From the IMG/VR virus record IMGVR_UViG_3300025030_000006: a stretch of DNA of 64,000 nt, one strand, 5' to 3'. Position 1 is the stretch's first letter, and each line of letters starts with the position of its first letter. The translations under genes were made by a program, and so were the position numbers. The notes under the pieces are model-generated. The model worked only from the letters and a program-made list of their open reading frames with translations, was not told the DNA's origin and searched no databases. Shown piece after piece: positions 54,035 to 63,573 of the stretch. The DNA comes from a virus.

Positions 54035-55520
54035 ATTGCCAATTTGGAAAGTATATTTGTATAATCTGCTTTATCGTTTCAGACGATTTAAATGGATAAA
54101 TACAGGTATGCTTGAATTCGGCATGACCAACAAGGAAAAAGGTTTATTGCATGGGATGTTGCACAAATATCTCAGAAAGGAGGTAATGCGACAAGTAAAA
54201 GCAGTTCAGTATTATGAATTGGTAAGTCTCGTGCTTGGTAGTAAAATTGCCATAGCTACCAAGGAAGAAATTCAATTGGCAAATAAACTATTCATCTCTT
54301 ACAAAATCAACACAAAGGAGCTAATCATGGAAATGAAACAATTGAAGAAATTCGCTGAAGAAGTTGGTCTTACTGCTAAAGCAATTAAAGGAATGGAAGA
54401 AGATGAATTGATTCTTGAAATTGTGAAGAATTTGGATGCTGATACCACTTATTCTGATGATTTCATTGCTTGGTATGATGAATTGCCGGAAGAAATGTTT
54501 GATGAGGCTGACGCAATTGATGAAGAGAAACCCAAGGGCAAAGGCAAGAAGGAAAAAGAAGTAGAGAAGGAAGAGGAAGAAGAAAATGATTTCTCTGAAT
54601 TGATTGGAGCAATTGAAGAATGTACGGAAATTGATGAATTGGTAGAGATTGCCCAAGATGAAGATTTTGAAGAAATTTTTGCTGAGGTGGATACTGATAC
54701 CAAATTGGTTAAGAAACTGAAAAAAGCAATGCTTAAAGCAATTGAAGATTATGAACCTGAAGTGGAAGAAGAAAAACCTGAAGTAAAAGAAAAAGGCAAA
54801 AAGGAAGAACCCATTAAAGAAGAAAAGAAACGTGGCCGTCCTGCCAAAGAAAAAGAAGAAGTGGAAGAAGTTGAATTGGATGACGAAGCCAAGGAAGAAT
54901 TGGTTACTGCAATCAATGAAGCTGATTCTACTGAAGACCTGAAAGAAGTAGCTGATTCGGTAAAAGAAGATTATCCCGAATTGTTTAAAGGTATTGCTTT
55001 CCGTTCTGGTCGGGGCAAATCCCCTTATCGTGAATTGGAAGAAGTTCAGGCAGAAATGCTTGAAAAATTGGGCGCTGAAGTAGAAGAAAAAGAAGAGGAA
55101 GAAGAAACTGAAACGGAATTGGAAATCACCGCTGAATCCGTAAATGATGCAGTTGAAGCAGATGATAAGGAAACTCTGGTTGCAATGTGTGAGCAATTGG
55201 AAATTGAATTGAAACCTTTGATGAAAAGGTCTGCTAAGAAAATGGCTGAAAAGATTGTTGAAAAACTTCCCAAAGAAAAACCGGGGAAACGCGGATTGAA
55301 AGGGAAAGACAAAAAAGAAAAAGTAGAAGAGGTTGCAGAAGAAAAAGGAGAAAAACAATCTGTTTTCGCTTTGGTTGAACAAATGGTAAATGATGGTGCC
55401 AAAGAAAAAGATATCGTTGCAGCGTGTGAACCTATTCTCGCTGAAAGAGGAAAGAAAAAACTCTTTGTAGCAAAGTTTGTTAAATCTTTGATTGCCATTG
55501 TTGAATCTCTTGAAGATTAG
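54018..55520 (+). CDS. highly charged E/K-rich protein with RGRP AT-hook core
   Basis: 500-aa ORF. An internal ATG at 54327 with AAAGGAG SD is an alternative or additional start. KKRGRPAKEKEE. Long acidic runs. Confidence 0.6.
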   Translation: MKPKVRLPIWKVYLYNLLYRFRRFKWINTGMLEFGMTNKEKGLLHGMLHKYLRKEVMRQVKAVQYYELVSLVLGSKIAIATKEEIQLANKLFISYKINTKELIMEMKQLKKFAEEVGLTAKAIKGMEEDELILEIVKNLDADTTYSDDFIAWYDELPEEMFDEADAIDEEKPKGKGKKEKEVEKEEEEENDFSELIGAIEECTEIDELVEIAQDEDFEEIFAEVDTDTKLVKKLKKAMLKAIEDYEPEVEEEKPEVKEKGKKEEPIKEEKKRGRPAKEKEEVEEVELDDEAKEELVTAINEADSTEDLKEVADSVKEDYPELFKGIAFRSGRGKSPYRELEEVQAEMLEKLGAEVEEKEEEEETETELEITAESVNDAVEADDKETLVAMCEQLEIELKPLMKRSAKKMAEKIVEKLPKEKPGKRGLKGKDKKEKVEEVAEEKGEKQSVFALVEQMVNDGAKEKDIVAACEPILAERGKKKLFVAKFVKSLIAIVESLED

Positions 55521-55529
55521 TTGGTTAAA

Positions 55530-55574
55530 GGGGGATTAGGTTATATAATTTTTGTCAATATAACCTAATCCCCC
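55530..55574 (+). terminator. 17-bp perfect hairpin terminator candidate
   Basis: GGGGGATTAGGTTATAT-N11-ATATAACCTAATCCCCC, 10 nt after the stop at 55520. Weak U-tract. Confidence 0.55.
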
Positions 55575-55612
55575 ACATCTAAAATAAATAATAAATGAAA
55601 GGAGAAAACAAA

Positions 55613-55927
55613 ATGAAAAAGGTTATTGATGGTAAAGTTTATAATACTGAAACGGCAGAGGAAGTTCATAATTGGTCTAATCATTATTACAGAAATGATT
55701 TTGGTTACTGTGAAGAAACACTTTATAAAACAAAGAAAGGCAATTACTTTTTGTATGGTGAGGGTGGTGCAATGAGTAAATATTCAAGACCAGTAGGAAA
55801 CAATGGTCAAACTGGTGGGGATGGAATTACTGTAATGACAAAATATGAGGCAGTTAAATGGTTGGAAAACCATGATGGGGATAATGTTTTAATTGGGTTG
55901 TTTTCAGAAGAAATAGAAGAAGCATAA
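55613..55927 (+). CDS. hypothetical protein
   Basis: ATG 55613 follows AAAGGAGAAAACAAA. Confidence 0.6.
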   Translation: MKKVIDGKVYNTETAEEVHNWSNHYYRNDFGYCEETLYKTKKGNYFLYGEGGAMSKYSRPVGNNGQTGGDGITVMTKYEAVKWLENHDGDNVLIGLFSEEIEEA

Positions 55928-56035
55928 TTGATTTCTGAATAAATGGGGTTGCCCTTCTTTTATTGGTTAAAAGGATTCCTCCTTTTGAGTGGGTTAATGG
56001 ACAATGAAAGGCAATCCCATTTTTATTATTCTTGT

Positions 56036-56127
56036 GGGGTAGTGGCGAAGCTGGTTGAAACGCAACGGTCTTAAAAACCGTTACTGATAAGTTCACACCG
56101 TCGGTTCGATTCCGACCTACCCCACCA
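56036..56127 (+). tRNA. tRNA-Leu (anticodon UAA), class II with long variable arm, CCA encoded
   Basis: Acceptor GGGGTAG/CTACCCC. Anticodon stem ACGGT/ACCGT with loop CUUAAAA. T-arm GTCGG-TTCGATT-CCGAC. 18-nt variable region. Discriminator A followed by CCA. Confidence 0.85.
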
Positions 56128-56151
56128 ATTAAAAAGAAAGGAGAAAATAAA

Positions 56152-56328
56152 ATGGGTAAAACTCTTTGTGCCTTTATTTTTGGATTGCTTTTTTCAAGTT
56201 CTTTTTGGGTTTTCTTTGTGTTTGGTGAAGGTAATTTGAAAAATGGCTTGGTATTTTTTCCAATTGCATCATCAGCTATTCTTACTATTGTAATAACAGT
56301 ATTTATTTTAGACAATTGGAATAATTAA
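56152..56328 (+). CDS. membrane miniprotein (58 aa)
   Basis: AAAGGAG SD right after the tRNA. Two hydrophobic segments. Confidence 0.5.
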   Translation: MGKTLCAFIFGLLFSSSFWVFFVFGEGNLKNGLVFFPIASSAILTIVITVFILDNWNN

Positions 56329-56346
56329 AAAGAAAGGATAAAATGA

Positions 56347-56631
56347 ATGGAAAGAGAATCAATTGGAAAAGGCTTTAGAGAAAAGAATAAAAGAATCCTA
56401 TTGTATAAAAGTATAAACCCAGAAACAAATAAAAATGAATATTGTCTTGTAACAAAAGTTTTGAAGGAAAATAGAAAAATTGAAATACAGGAAATATTTC
56501 TAAAAGAAGAAACTATCTACAGATTTATTGATTTATTTATGGTGCTAAATGAAACAGCAAGAATGAATTGTTATTACGAAGATAATTTATTTAAGGCTGA
56601 ATTGTATAAAAAGAAAGGAGAAAATAAATGA
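56347..56631 (+). CDS. hypothetical protein
   Basis: 94-aa ORF with AAAGGA SD. Confidence 0.6.
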   Translation: MERESIGKGFREKNKRILLYKSINPETNKNEYCLVTKVLKENRKIEIQEIFLKEETIYRFIDLFMVLNETARMNCYYEDNLFKAELYKKKGENK

Positions 56632-56801
56632 AATGGAAAGCATTAAATGAGTTAAAAGAAGTATTGCAAGAACATCTATCAATTGAGTTAAATACAAAAA
56701 CATTTGCTATGAAAGTAATGGTTTTGAAATAAAAATTAAATTCGATGATGAAGTCATTTGTTCTGATTGGATTTATTTGTCACAATTAAAGGAATAAGAT
56801 T

Positions 56802-58466
56802 ATGTCTTTCTATTTTGAATTTCCCTCCATAGAAAGAAAATCAAAAACTAATTTTGATTGCAACAAATGCACTTTAAAGAATAATAAAATTCAATCCCCA
56901 GAAATGCAAATGTATGTTGGAGAACAATACGAAGGATTAATTATTTTAGGAAACAAAGCATCAAAACATGATGATGAAAAGGGATTTCCTTTTGCTGATT
57001 CCCGTTCAAAAATATTGAGAAGTACAGCCGCAAAATTCAGAATTAATTTATCAAAACAAGCCGCAATGCTTCATGCTGTTTCCTGCTATAACCCTACCAA
57101 AAAGAAAACTTCTGATACACATTTTAAATGCTGTCAAAGTATTTTAGATGCACGTCTTAAAGAATTACGTCCTAAATTGATTATCTGTTGTGGTGAATTG
57201 GCTTTTAAATATATTTTTGGGTTGAAAAACAAATATGCCATTTCAAAATTAAGAAACAGAATCATTCCTAATTACCAATACAACTGTCTGGTTTTTCCTG
57301 TTTACGACCCTTATAATTATGAAATGTATAACACCAGAAAAGAAGAGGAAGAACTAAGTTATTATTACGAACATGCTTATAAATGGGACTTACAAAGAAT
57401 ATTTGAATTATGGGATAAGAAATTTCATAAAAGAACGGAGGTCAACAAAGTTCTGAAAGAAAGAAAAATTCTTGAGAATATTGAAATAAAAGAAGTAACT
57501 GATTTCCATGAAGCCAAGGAATTATTCAGACTTTGGAATAAATCTAAAGCCATTTGCCTTGACTATGAAACCACTAATTTGTTTCCTTATGATAATCATT
57601 TTGAAATTGTTTATGCTGCCTTTGGAAATAAAACAAATGCTTGGGTTTTCCATGAAGATTTTTGGAAAGATAATCCATTCGTAAAGATTTGGTTCAAACG
57701 TCAAATGCAAAGGATTCTGGTTAATCAGAAAGTATTGAAAGTAGTTCAGAACAGCAAGTTTGAAGATTTATGTTCTAGGTTTGTTTATGGAATAAAAGAA
57801 ATAAAGAATTCATTTTGTACCATGCTGGCGCAACACGTAATTGATGAAAGAGAAGGATGTACTTCATTGGATTTCCAGAATTTAATACGGTTTGGAATTC
57901 CTCCTTATAATGAAACCATAAAGAAATATTTGATAACGGATAAGAAAGCCAAGGAAATTGAATCGGATGATTCAGAAGATGAGATGGAAGAAATCATTGA
58001 ATTGGATGAAGCAAAAGCATATACGTTTCAGAAAGTAAATAAAATCAGAGAAGCACCAAAACAAGATATGATTCAATACAACGGCCTTGACGTTATTACA
58101 GCATTTAATCAGTGGGTTTTATTTGAAAAAGATTTGTTGGATTCCTATCCTAAAGCCAGAGAGAATTACGAATTCTTGAATGAAGGTCATTGGTTGTTTG
58201 CCAGAATGAGTCAAAGAGGAGTTAATATTGGTGAACAGGAATTAAAAGATTTTGAATTGTTCTTGGAAAAAGAAATTGAAAGAATAGAAAAGAAAATAAT
58301 GGAGATACCGGAAATTCAAGAATATAACAAGCATTTGGAATCAAAAAGTTCAAAGACAAAGAAGAAAAAGAATGATAAGCAATTGGAAGATTTATGTTTT
58401 TCTAAACCTAAAAAGATTCGGTTGATTAATAGAAAATTTGATTTTACGGAAGGAGAAGAGAAATGA
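56802..58466 (+). CDS. DNA polymerase A N-terminal fragment: family-4-UDG-like domain plus 3'-5' exonuclease domain
   Basis: UDG-like GEQYEGLIILGNKASKHDDEKGFPFADSRSKIL. Exo I ICLDYETTNL, Exo II VQNSKFEDL, Exo III YNGLDV. Ends in a low-complexity K-rich tail. Confidence 0.75.
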   Translation: MSFYFEFPSIERKSKTNFDCNKCTLKNNKIQSPEMQMYVGEQYEGLIILGNKASKHDDEKGFPFADSRSKILRSTAAKFRINLSKQAAMLHAVSCYNPTKKKTSDTHFKCCQSILDARLKELRPKLIICCGELAFKYIFGLKNKYAISKLRNRIIPNYQYNCLVFPVYDPYNYEMYNTRKEEEELSYYYEHAYKWDLQRIFELWDKKFHKRTEVNKVLKERKILENIEIKEVTDFHEAKELFRLWNKSKAICLDYETTNLFPYDNHFEIVYAAFGNKTNAWVFHEDFWKDNPFVKIWFKRQMQRILVNQKVLKVVQNSKFEDLCSRFVYGIKEIKNSFCTMLAQHVIDEREGCTSLDFQNLIRFGIPPYNETIKKYLITDKKAKEIESDDSEDEMEEIIELDEAKAYTFQKVNKIREAPKQDMIQYNGLDVITAFNQWVLFEKDLLDSYPKARENYEFLNEGHWLFARMSQRGVNIGEQELKDFELFLEKEIERIEKKIMEIPEIQEYNKHLESKSSKTKKKKNDKQLEDLCFSKPKKIRLINRKFDFTEGEEK

Positions 58467-58714
58467 TATTAATTATGAATATATTGGTTATCGTTTTTAC
58501 CATCTTTGTTTTTGGTTACTGTATTGGTTGGGTTTTTTGCAATAGAGAATGGCGTTGGTATGCAAAATATAATGTACCTCACAGGCATAAAGGAAATTGG
58601 TATTTTGTAGAAAAGGAAAACAATGACAAAAAAGAAAGCACACCCTATAAAGAATTAAATGAAGCTCTTAATAGAATGGATGCAAAATTAAAGGAGAAGA
58701 GAAATGATAATTAG
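58463..58714 (+). CDS. membrane protein (1 TM) within polymerase split
   Basis: 83 aa with ATGA coupling. MILIMNILVIVFTIFVFGYCIGWVF. Confidence 0.55.
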   Translation: MILIMNILVIVFTIFVFGYCIGWVFCNREWRWYAKYNVPHRHKGNWYFVEKENNDKKESTPYKELNEALNRMDAKLKEKRNDN

Positions 58715-58937
58715 TAAAGATATTACTGAAAAAATTATTATTGGTGAAGGTTTTACAGATGAAGAATTAAATAAAGCAATAAATTTTTATTCTAATTTAT
58801 GTGATTCTATTAAATGTCTTGGAATACGTTATGATTTGGTTTTTTGTGATTTATTTCACACACTGGATAATTTGCAATCAATTAGATATTTTAGGGAGAA
58901 AAGAAATGAACAAGAGCAAATATGTAAAAGGATATAA
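58704..58937 (+). CDS. hypothetical protein within polymerase split
   Basis: 77-aa ORF overlapping its neighbours. Confidence 0.5.
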   Translation: MIISKDITEKIIIGEGFTDEELNKAINFYSNLCDSIKCLGIRYDLVFCDLFHTLDNLQSIRYFREKRNEQEQICKRI

Positions 58938-59280
58938 TGACAGATATACCCATTTGGGTTTGGCAAAAATTGAAGAATTATTGAAAAATCATAAAGTTCC
59001 AATTGATTTGAAAATTGAAGATGTTTATGCAAGAGCAGATGTAATGGTAAAAGAAATAAATAAAAATCTCCCCAATAATACAAAACAATTTAAACGTGGT
59101 CAATTGTTAGAACATATTTCTTGGAATGAATATGGATTTTATAAATGGAATGCCTTGAAAGCATTGCTTATGAGTAGAGAGAAATTGAGGGAACAAAGAG
59201 AAAAAGAAAAGAATAAAAATTTTGCAAAGAATTATGGTAAACAGGTTAATAAAATTAGTGAAGCAATTCATGGAGTATAG
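58906..59280 (+). CDS. hypothetical protein within polymerase split
   Basis: ATG 58906 follows AGGGAGAAAAGAA. The ORF-track start at 58801 is less likely. Confidence 0.5.
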   Translation: MNKSKYVKGYNDRYTHLGLAKIEELLKNHKVPIDLKIEDVYARADVMVKEINKNLPNNTKQFKRGQLLEHISWNEYGFYKWNALKALLMSREKLREQREKEKNKNFAKNYGKQVNKISEAIHGV

Positions 59281-59286
59281 AATAAA

Positions 59287-60699
59287 ATGGATATGTTATT
59301 CAATACCCAAAGTAATATGCAGCTTCAGGAGTTTTTATATGAATTCCTAGAATTGAAACCACCAAGGGCAAAGAATGATAAAGGTAATTATTCGGTAGCA
59401 GAAGAAATATTAATTCATCATGCAGAGAAAGATGAAGTTGAATTCTGCAAATTACTGTTGAATATACGTAAATTGAAAAAAGCAAGAAATACTTATGCAA
59501 GGGGATTTAGAAGATATAAGGATGAATTGGAAGGAATGATTCATCCTGATTTTTGGCTTAACACAACAAAAACTTATCGGAGTTCTTCATCAAACCCAAA
59601 TTTTCAGAATTTGCCAAAACACGGTGAAATTATTCCCGGTATTGAGTGGCAAACGATTCGTAAAATATTCACCAGAAAATTATTAATTGAAAAGATAAAA
59701 GCTGGAGAAATAGAATTTACAATTCAAAATGGATTCATTGGTGAAGTTGACTATGTTGGTGCTGAAGTTAAAGTTGCCGCCGCTGAAGCAGACGATGAAC
59801 AATTGATTACTGATTTAAATAATGGATTCGACCAACACTCACATTGGGCTGGCGTTTTATTCGGAATCAATAAAGCAATTGAGGAAATAAAAAAGATACA
59901 CACTGAAGAAAGATTCCTTGCAAAGAATAACTTTACCTTTGCCAATCTCTTTGGTGCTGGCAATACTTCAATTGCGGAGGAAATGCGTAAAAGTGAATTC
60001 TACGTTGAATTTGTAAGAAAAGCATTTGAAAAAGCAAGACAATCAAAGGGGTTTAAATCCTCATGGAATGATTTTTTTAAAGAGTATTCGGAACAACATA
60101 TTCAGGAATGTCAAAATGTTTTTTATGACCGATATAAAGATGTAAAAGCATGGCAAGAATGGGTAGTAAAAAAATATTATGACGTTGGCTATGTAGAGAA
60201 CAAATTTGGGTTTAGAAGAAGATACCCAATGAAGCGTAATGAAATAATTAATTTTCCAATACAGTCAACAAGTTTTCATTTACTCCTTCATTCATTGATT
60301 GAAATTGAAAAGAAAATGGAACAATTGGATTTACAATCTAAATTGGTTGGTCAGATTCATGACTCTGGATTTTTTAATATTGTGAGAAGAGAAGCAGAAC
60401 AGGTTATGGATTTAATTGAATATGAAATGACTCACAAATCATTTGATTGGCTTAAAAAAATTAACCTAGAAGCTGAATTCGAGTTGTCTGATGATAGCTG
60501 GTACAATTTGAAATTGGAAAATAAATGGTTTGAAGCAAAACATATTAAATCAGAAGAAGTATTTAGAGAAAAATTCCTGCATGGATTTACAACTGATATA
60601 GGAATGGATGTTGATTTAATTGCAAAGATTCTGGCAGGGAAAAAGGACAAGGAAGGTAATCTGTATAAACTAGAAAATTGGTCTTTTTCCTATATTTGA
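59287..60699 (+). CDS. DNA polymerase A C-terminal fragment (polymerase domain)
   Basis: Starts at the FN..S..QL motif (MDMLFNTQSNMQLQEFLY). RSSSSNPNFQNLPK. Motif A VDYVGAEVKV. Motif B RFLAKNNFTFANLFGAG. Motif C QIHDSGFF. Confidence 0.8.
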   Translation: MDMLFNTQSNMQLQEFLYEFLELKPPRAKNDKGNYSVAEEILIHHAEKDEVEFCKLLLNIRKLKKARNTYARGFRRYKDELEGMIHPDFWLNTTKTYRSSSSNPNFQNLPKHGEIIPGIEWQTIRKIFTRKLLIEKIKAGEIEFTIQNGFIGEVDYVGAEVKVAAAEADDEQLITDLNNGFDQHSHWAGVLFGINKAIEEIKKIHTEERFLAKNNFTFANLFGAGNTSIAEEMRKSEFYVEFVRKAFEKARQSKGFKSSWNDFFKEYSEQHIQECQNVFYDRYKDVKAWQEWVVKKYYDVGYVENKFGFRRRYPMKRNEIINFPIQSTSFHLLLHSLIEIEKKMEQLDLQSKLVGQIHDSGFFNIVRREAEQVMDLIEYEMTHKSFDWLKKINLEAEFELSDDSWYNLKLENKWFEAKHIKSEEVFREKFLHGFTTDIGMDVDLIAKILAGKKDKEGNLYKLENWSFSYI

Positions 60700-60712
60700 G
60701 AAAGGAATTAAT

Positions 60713-61024
60713 ATGTCTGAAATTTATAAGGGTGGAAAAAGAATTCTTATTGTGGACAAGATTTCAAAAATGCCCACAGGTTTACTAAAATGTAAATCAA
60801 CATCAGCAACGTTTGGAGAATTAAAATTTAAAATTGAGTTGTTGTCAGAAGCAATGGGGAAAGCACATAAAGAGGCTGAAGAAGCAGCCAAAAACTTTAA
60901 TTTAGCAATTGCAGAATTAACAGCAAAAACACTTATTGAATTGCCAAAAATTAAAGAAACAAAAGAAAAACATTTTGAGAAATTCAATTACAAAATGAAA
61001 CGTGGAAAAAGGAAATGGAGATAA
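60713..61024 (+). CDS. hypothetical protein
   Basis: 103-aa ORF with AAAGGAATTAAT SD. Confidence 0.6.
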   Translation: MSEIYKGGKRILIVDKISKMPTGLLKCKSTSATFGELKFKIELLSEAMGKAHKEAEEAAKNFNLAIAELTAKTLIELPKIKETKEKHFEKFNYKMKRGKRKWR

Positions 61025-61025
61025 T

Positions 61026-61202
61026 ATGAAAAGAATTAAACTGAAGGAAAAAAATAAAACATATTCAGAAGGGGTAAAATGTTTTGACAGATTTATAAAA
61101 ATGAATAGGGTTCATATTGATAAAATGAAGGATGAAGGAAAAGAAATGTATCTGTTCCTTGCTGGCTATTATGCCAAATGTAAAAGGGATAAAGGGGAAT
61201 AG
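61026..61202 (+). CDS. hypothetical miniprotein, paralog A
   Basis: MKRIKLKEKNK...YLFLAGYYAKCK. ATG 61026 follows GGAAATGGAGATAAT. Confidence 0.55.
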   Translation: MKRIKLKEKNKTYSEGVKCFDRFIKMNRVHIDKMKDEGKEMYLFLAGYYAKCKRDKGE

Positions 61203-61205
61203 TAT

Positions 61206-61409
61206 ATGAAAAGAATTAAATTAAAAGGAACAACAAAAGATTTTCAAACAAATTTTGATGATTATGCTGTTGGTAAAGGAAAATTTCAAATGTACATGAG
61301 ATTAAATAAACAACATTTGGATAAGGCAACAGAAAATGAAAAAGAATTTATGTTGTTTATGTCAGGATTTTATGCTGCTTGTCAGTATAAACTATCAGGA
61401 AATAAATAA
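61206..61409 (+). CDS. hypothetical miniprotein, paralog B
   Basis: MKRIKLKGTTK...MLFMSGFYAACQ. Tandem duplicate of the previous ORF. Confidence 0.6.
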   Translation: MKRIKLKGTTKDFQTNFDDYAVGKGKFQMYMRLNKQHLDKATENEKEFMLFMSGFYAACQYKLSGNK

Positions 61410-61420
61410 TTTTTTGGTAC

Positions 61421-61450
61421 TTGACAGATTAGTAATTCAAGATGTATATT
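61421..61450 (+). promoter_or_regulatory. sigma70-like promoter
   Basis: TTGACA, 18 nt, TATATT. Confidence 0.5.
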
Positions 61451-61481
61451 TACCAAACATTTAACGGAAAGGAGAAAACAA

Positions 61482-61727
61482 ATGAAAAAAAGAGTTTATA
61501 TTTATTCAGGTGAATATGAAAATTACTTGGAAGATGAACCTGATTATTTAACATCTGTTGTTGAAATCAATGAAGAACTTTATAAACGGATAAAGGATTA
61601 TGAAAAGGAACATCAAGAAATACAAAAAATAATGGATAAACTTTATGATGATGGAAAAATATTGGATTCACAAACAAAAGTTAAATTGGAAAAAATGAAA
61701 AGGAAGGAGAAAAAATATGAATCATAA
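61482..61727 (+). CDS. hypothetical protein
   Basis: 81-aa ORF with AAAGGAG SD. Confidence 0.6.
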   Translation: MKKRVYIYSGEYENYLEDEPDYLTSVVEINEELYKRIKDYEKEHQEIQKIMDKLYDDGKILDSQTKVKLEKMKRKEKKYES

Positions 61728-62034
61728 AACAAGGCATTTGATTTATGAATGTATTTCAGATTATTTTCAAATACCAATTTCAACGGCAAGGCAACTTTGT
61801 TATATGACTATAGTTGGTGCTGATTTCAGTTTTAAAATGTCAGAAGAAATTGTATGGCATAATATTTATCATTCCTTGAAAACAAATGATGAAAGATTTA
61901 TCAAGGTATTGGAAAATGAAATGGAAGCAATAAATAAAGATGCAGAATTAAAAAGAAAATTGGATAAATTCATTTTGTATAATGGCATTGAATCAGGGGA
62001 ATTGAAGAGTTTTAAATCTTATTTGAAAGGATGA
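61717..62034 (+). CDS. hypothetical protein
   Basis: 105-aa ORF with GGAAGGAG SD. Confidence 0.6.
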   Translation: MNHKTRHLIYECISDYFQIPISTARQLCYMTIVGADFSFKMSEEIVWHNIYHSLKTNDERFIKVLENEMEAINKDAELKRKLDKFILYNGIESGELKSFKSYLKG

Positions 62035-62213
62035 ATATGAAAAAAAATATTATAATAAAAAAAGTAAACAATAAAAGTGATGTTTGTTTACTTTGCAATA
62101 ATGGAAATGAGGCAGAACAATTGTGGAGTATTAAATTAGGAAATAATATTCTAATTCTTTGTGGTTTTTGTTGTGGTAATCTAGGATATAAACTAATCCA
62201 TGAAACTGACTAA
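62031..62213 (+). CDS. Cys-rich miniprotein
   Basis: 60 aa. Starts at ATGA coupling or at ATG 62037. CLLCNN...CGFCCGN. Confidence 0.55.
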   Translation: MNMKKNIIIKKVNNKSDVCLLCNNGNEAEQLWSIKLGNNILILCGFCCGNLGYKLIHETD

Positions 62214-62309
62214 AGAAAGGATGAATATGATTCTTTGTGTTTTGTTAATTTTGGAGGTAATTTTTCTTTTGTGGATTGACACAACTAAATAAAGAAAGGA
62301 GAATAGAAA

Positions 62310-63263
62310 ATGCAAATTACAAACTATCTTAGGGCTGGTTATGCTTCTGTTTTTTGTGAGGCAATTGAAATTAAACGCTGTGTTAAATCCATTTCAGTTG
62401 ATTTGCCATTTGAGAAATTGGAATGGGACTTTGTAACAGGATTGGAAGTTAATAAACAAAAGGAAGAAGCCAATCAAGTTGAAATTCTTAACAAGGCAAC
62501 TGAATTACAACAAAAGGCAATCATTCTGGAAAACTTTGATTTGTTTCTGGAAAACCCCATTATTATGCAAACATTCCTGAATAATTATGAAACATATAAA
62601 TCCAATCAGGTTTGTTTGGTAATGGTAGGAAATTCCTCATCCAAGATTCCCGTTATTTTAAAAGAACTGATTCCTGTAATTGAGTTCAATCTTCCCAATA
62701 AAGAAGAAATCAGGAAGATTGCAGAAATTATTTCCACCACAGCGGAAGAAGATTTTAAACAATCCAAAGATTATGATAAGAATAAAAAGGAATTCGATTT
62801 CCATGTATCTGAAGAATTGATTTCCGCTTGTCTAGGATTAAGTCATGAAGAGGTTGAAAGCATTTTAGCCCTGTCGCTCATTGAACATAAAAAATTGGAT
62901 ACAAAAACAGTCTTAGAAAGAAAAAGGCAAGTAATAAGACAAACTGGATTTATGGATTTTATAAACCCAGAACCAATAGAAAATTTAGGAGGGTTAGATA
63001 AATTAAAAGAGTATATTTTTAAAAGAAAAGAAGCGTTTATTGAGGGAAGTATAAAACCAAAAATAAAATCAATGGTGATGGCCGGTTTTCCCGGAACAGG
63101 TAAAACGATGGCCGCAAAGGCAATTATTTCTATTTTTGATTGGCCAGGAATAATTCTTGACGTAGGTTCTTTAAAAGGTGGAATCGTTGGTGAAACAGAA
63201 AAAAATGTAAGACATGCCTGCAAAACAATTGACGCTTTTGGAAGATGTATTGTAATACTGGAT
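62310..63263 (+). CDS. AAA+ ATPase, exon 1 (exon 2 beyond window)
   Basis: Walker A GFPGTGKT. The reading frame reaches CIVILD, the start of Walker B hhhhDE, where intron sequence begins. The ORF-track stop at 63273-63275 lies inside the intron. Confidence 0.75.
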
Positions 63264-63498
63264 AAACAAATCTAATCTTGTTCAGTATAAATCCCCTTAA
63301 TTGCTGGAAACCCCTTAGAGCCAATTGAACTACAACGTAGCTGGAAACGGCAAGCGTGAATGTTTGAAAATCAATTGGATTGGGCAATCAGCAGCCAAGT
63401 GCCTTTAAAATGGTGAAGGTTCAGAGACTATCCCGTAAGGGAGTAGGATTCAAGTGAATCCGAAATGGGGGACAAATAACAAAAATTCCTTTATTTTC

Positions 63499-63527
63499 TT
63501 GACTTCATAAATTCTCTATCCTATATT
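63499..63527 (+). promoter_or_regulatory. sigma70-like promoter inside intron, upstream of HEG
   Basis: TTGACT, 17 nt, TATATT. Confidence 0.5.
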
Positions 63528-63573
63528 CTTAAAATAAGTTTTCAGCACAAAATAGGACAAGGGAGATTTTATT

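Noticed and set aside
54321-55498. 353-aa and 150-aa minus-strand ORFs antisense to the E/K-rich gene
   Set aside because: They are mirror-image low complexity (poly-F/L/S from antisense GAA/AAG runs) with no translation signals.
56036-56127. tRNA as an ochre suppressor that could read the in-frame TAA at 50547
   Set aside because: The anticodon is UAA (5'-3'), which pairs with UUA/UUG Leu codons. A TAA suppressor would need anticodon UUA.
55854-56315. 153-aa minus-strand ORF
   Set aside because: It overlaps the tRNA-Leu gene and two SD-led plus-strand ORFs, has no SD, and lies antisense in a uniformly plus-strand block.
62310-63275. AAA+ ATPase as a truncated pseudogene ending ...ILDKQI
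   Set aside because: The apparent truncation coincides with a well-supported group I intron 5' splice site (P1 pairing with U.G) and the conserved P/Q/R core. The gene is more likely interrupted than dead.
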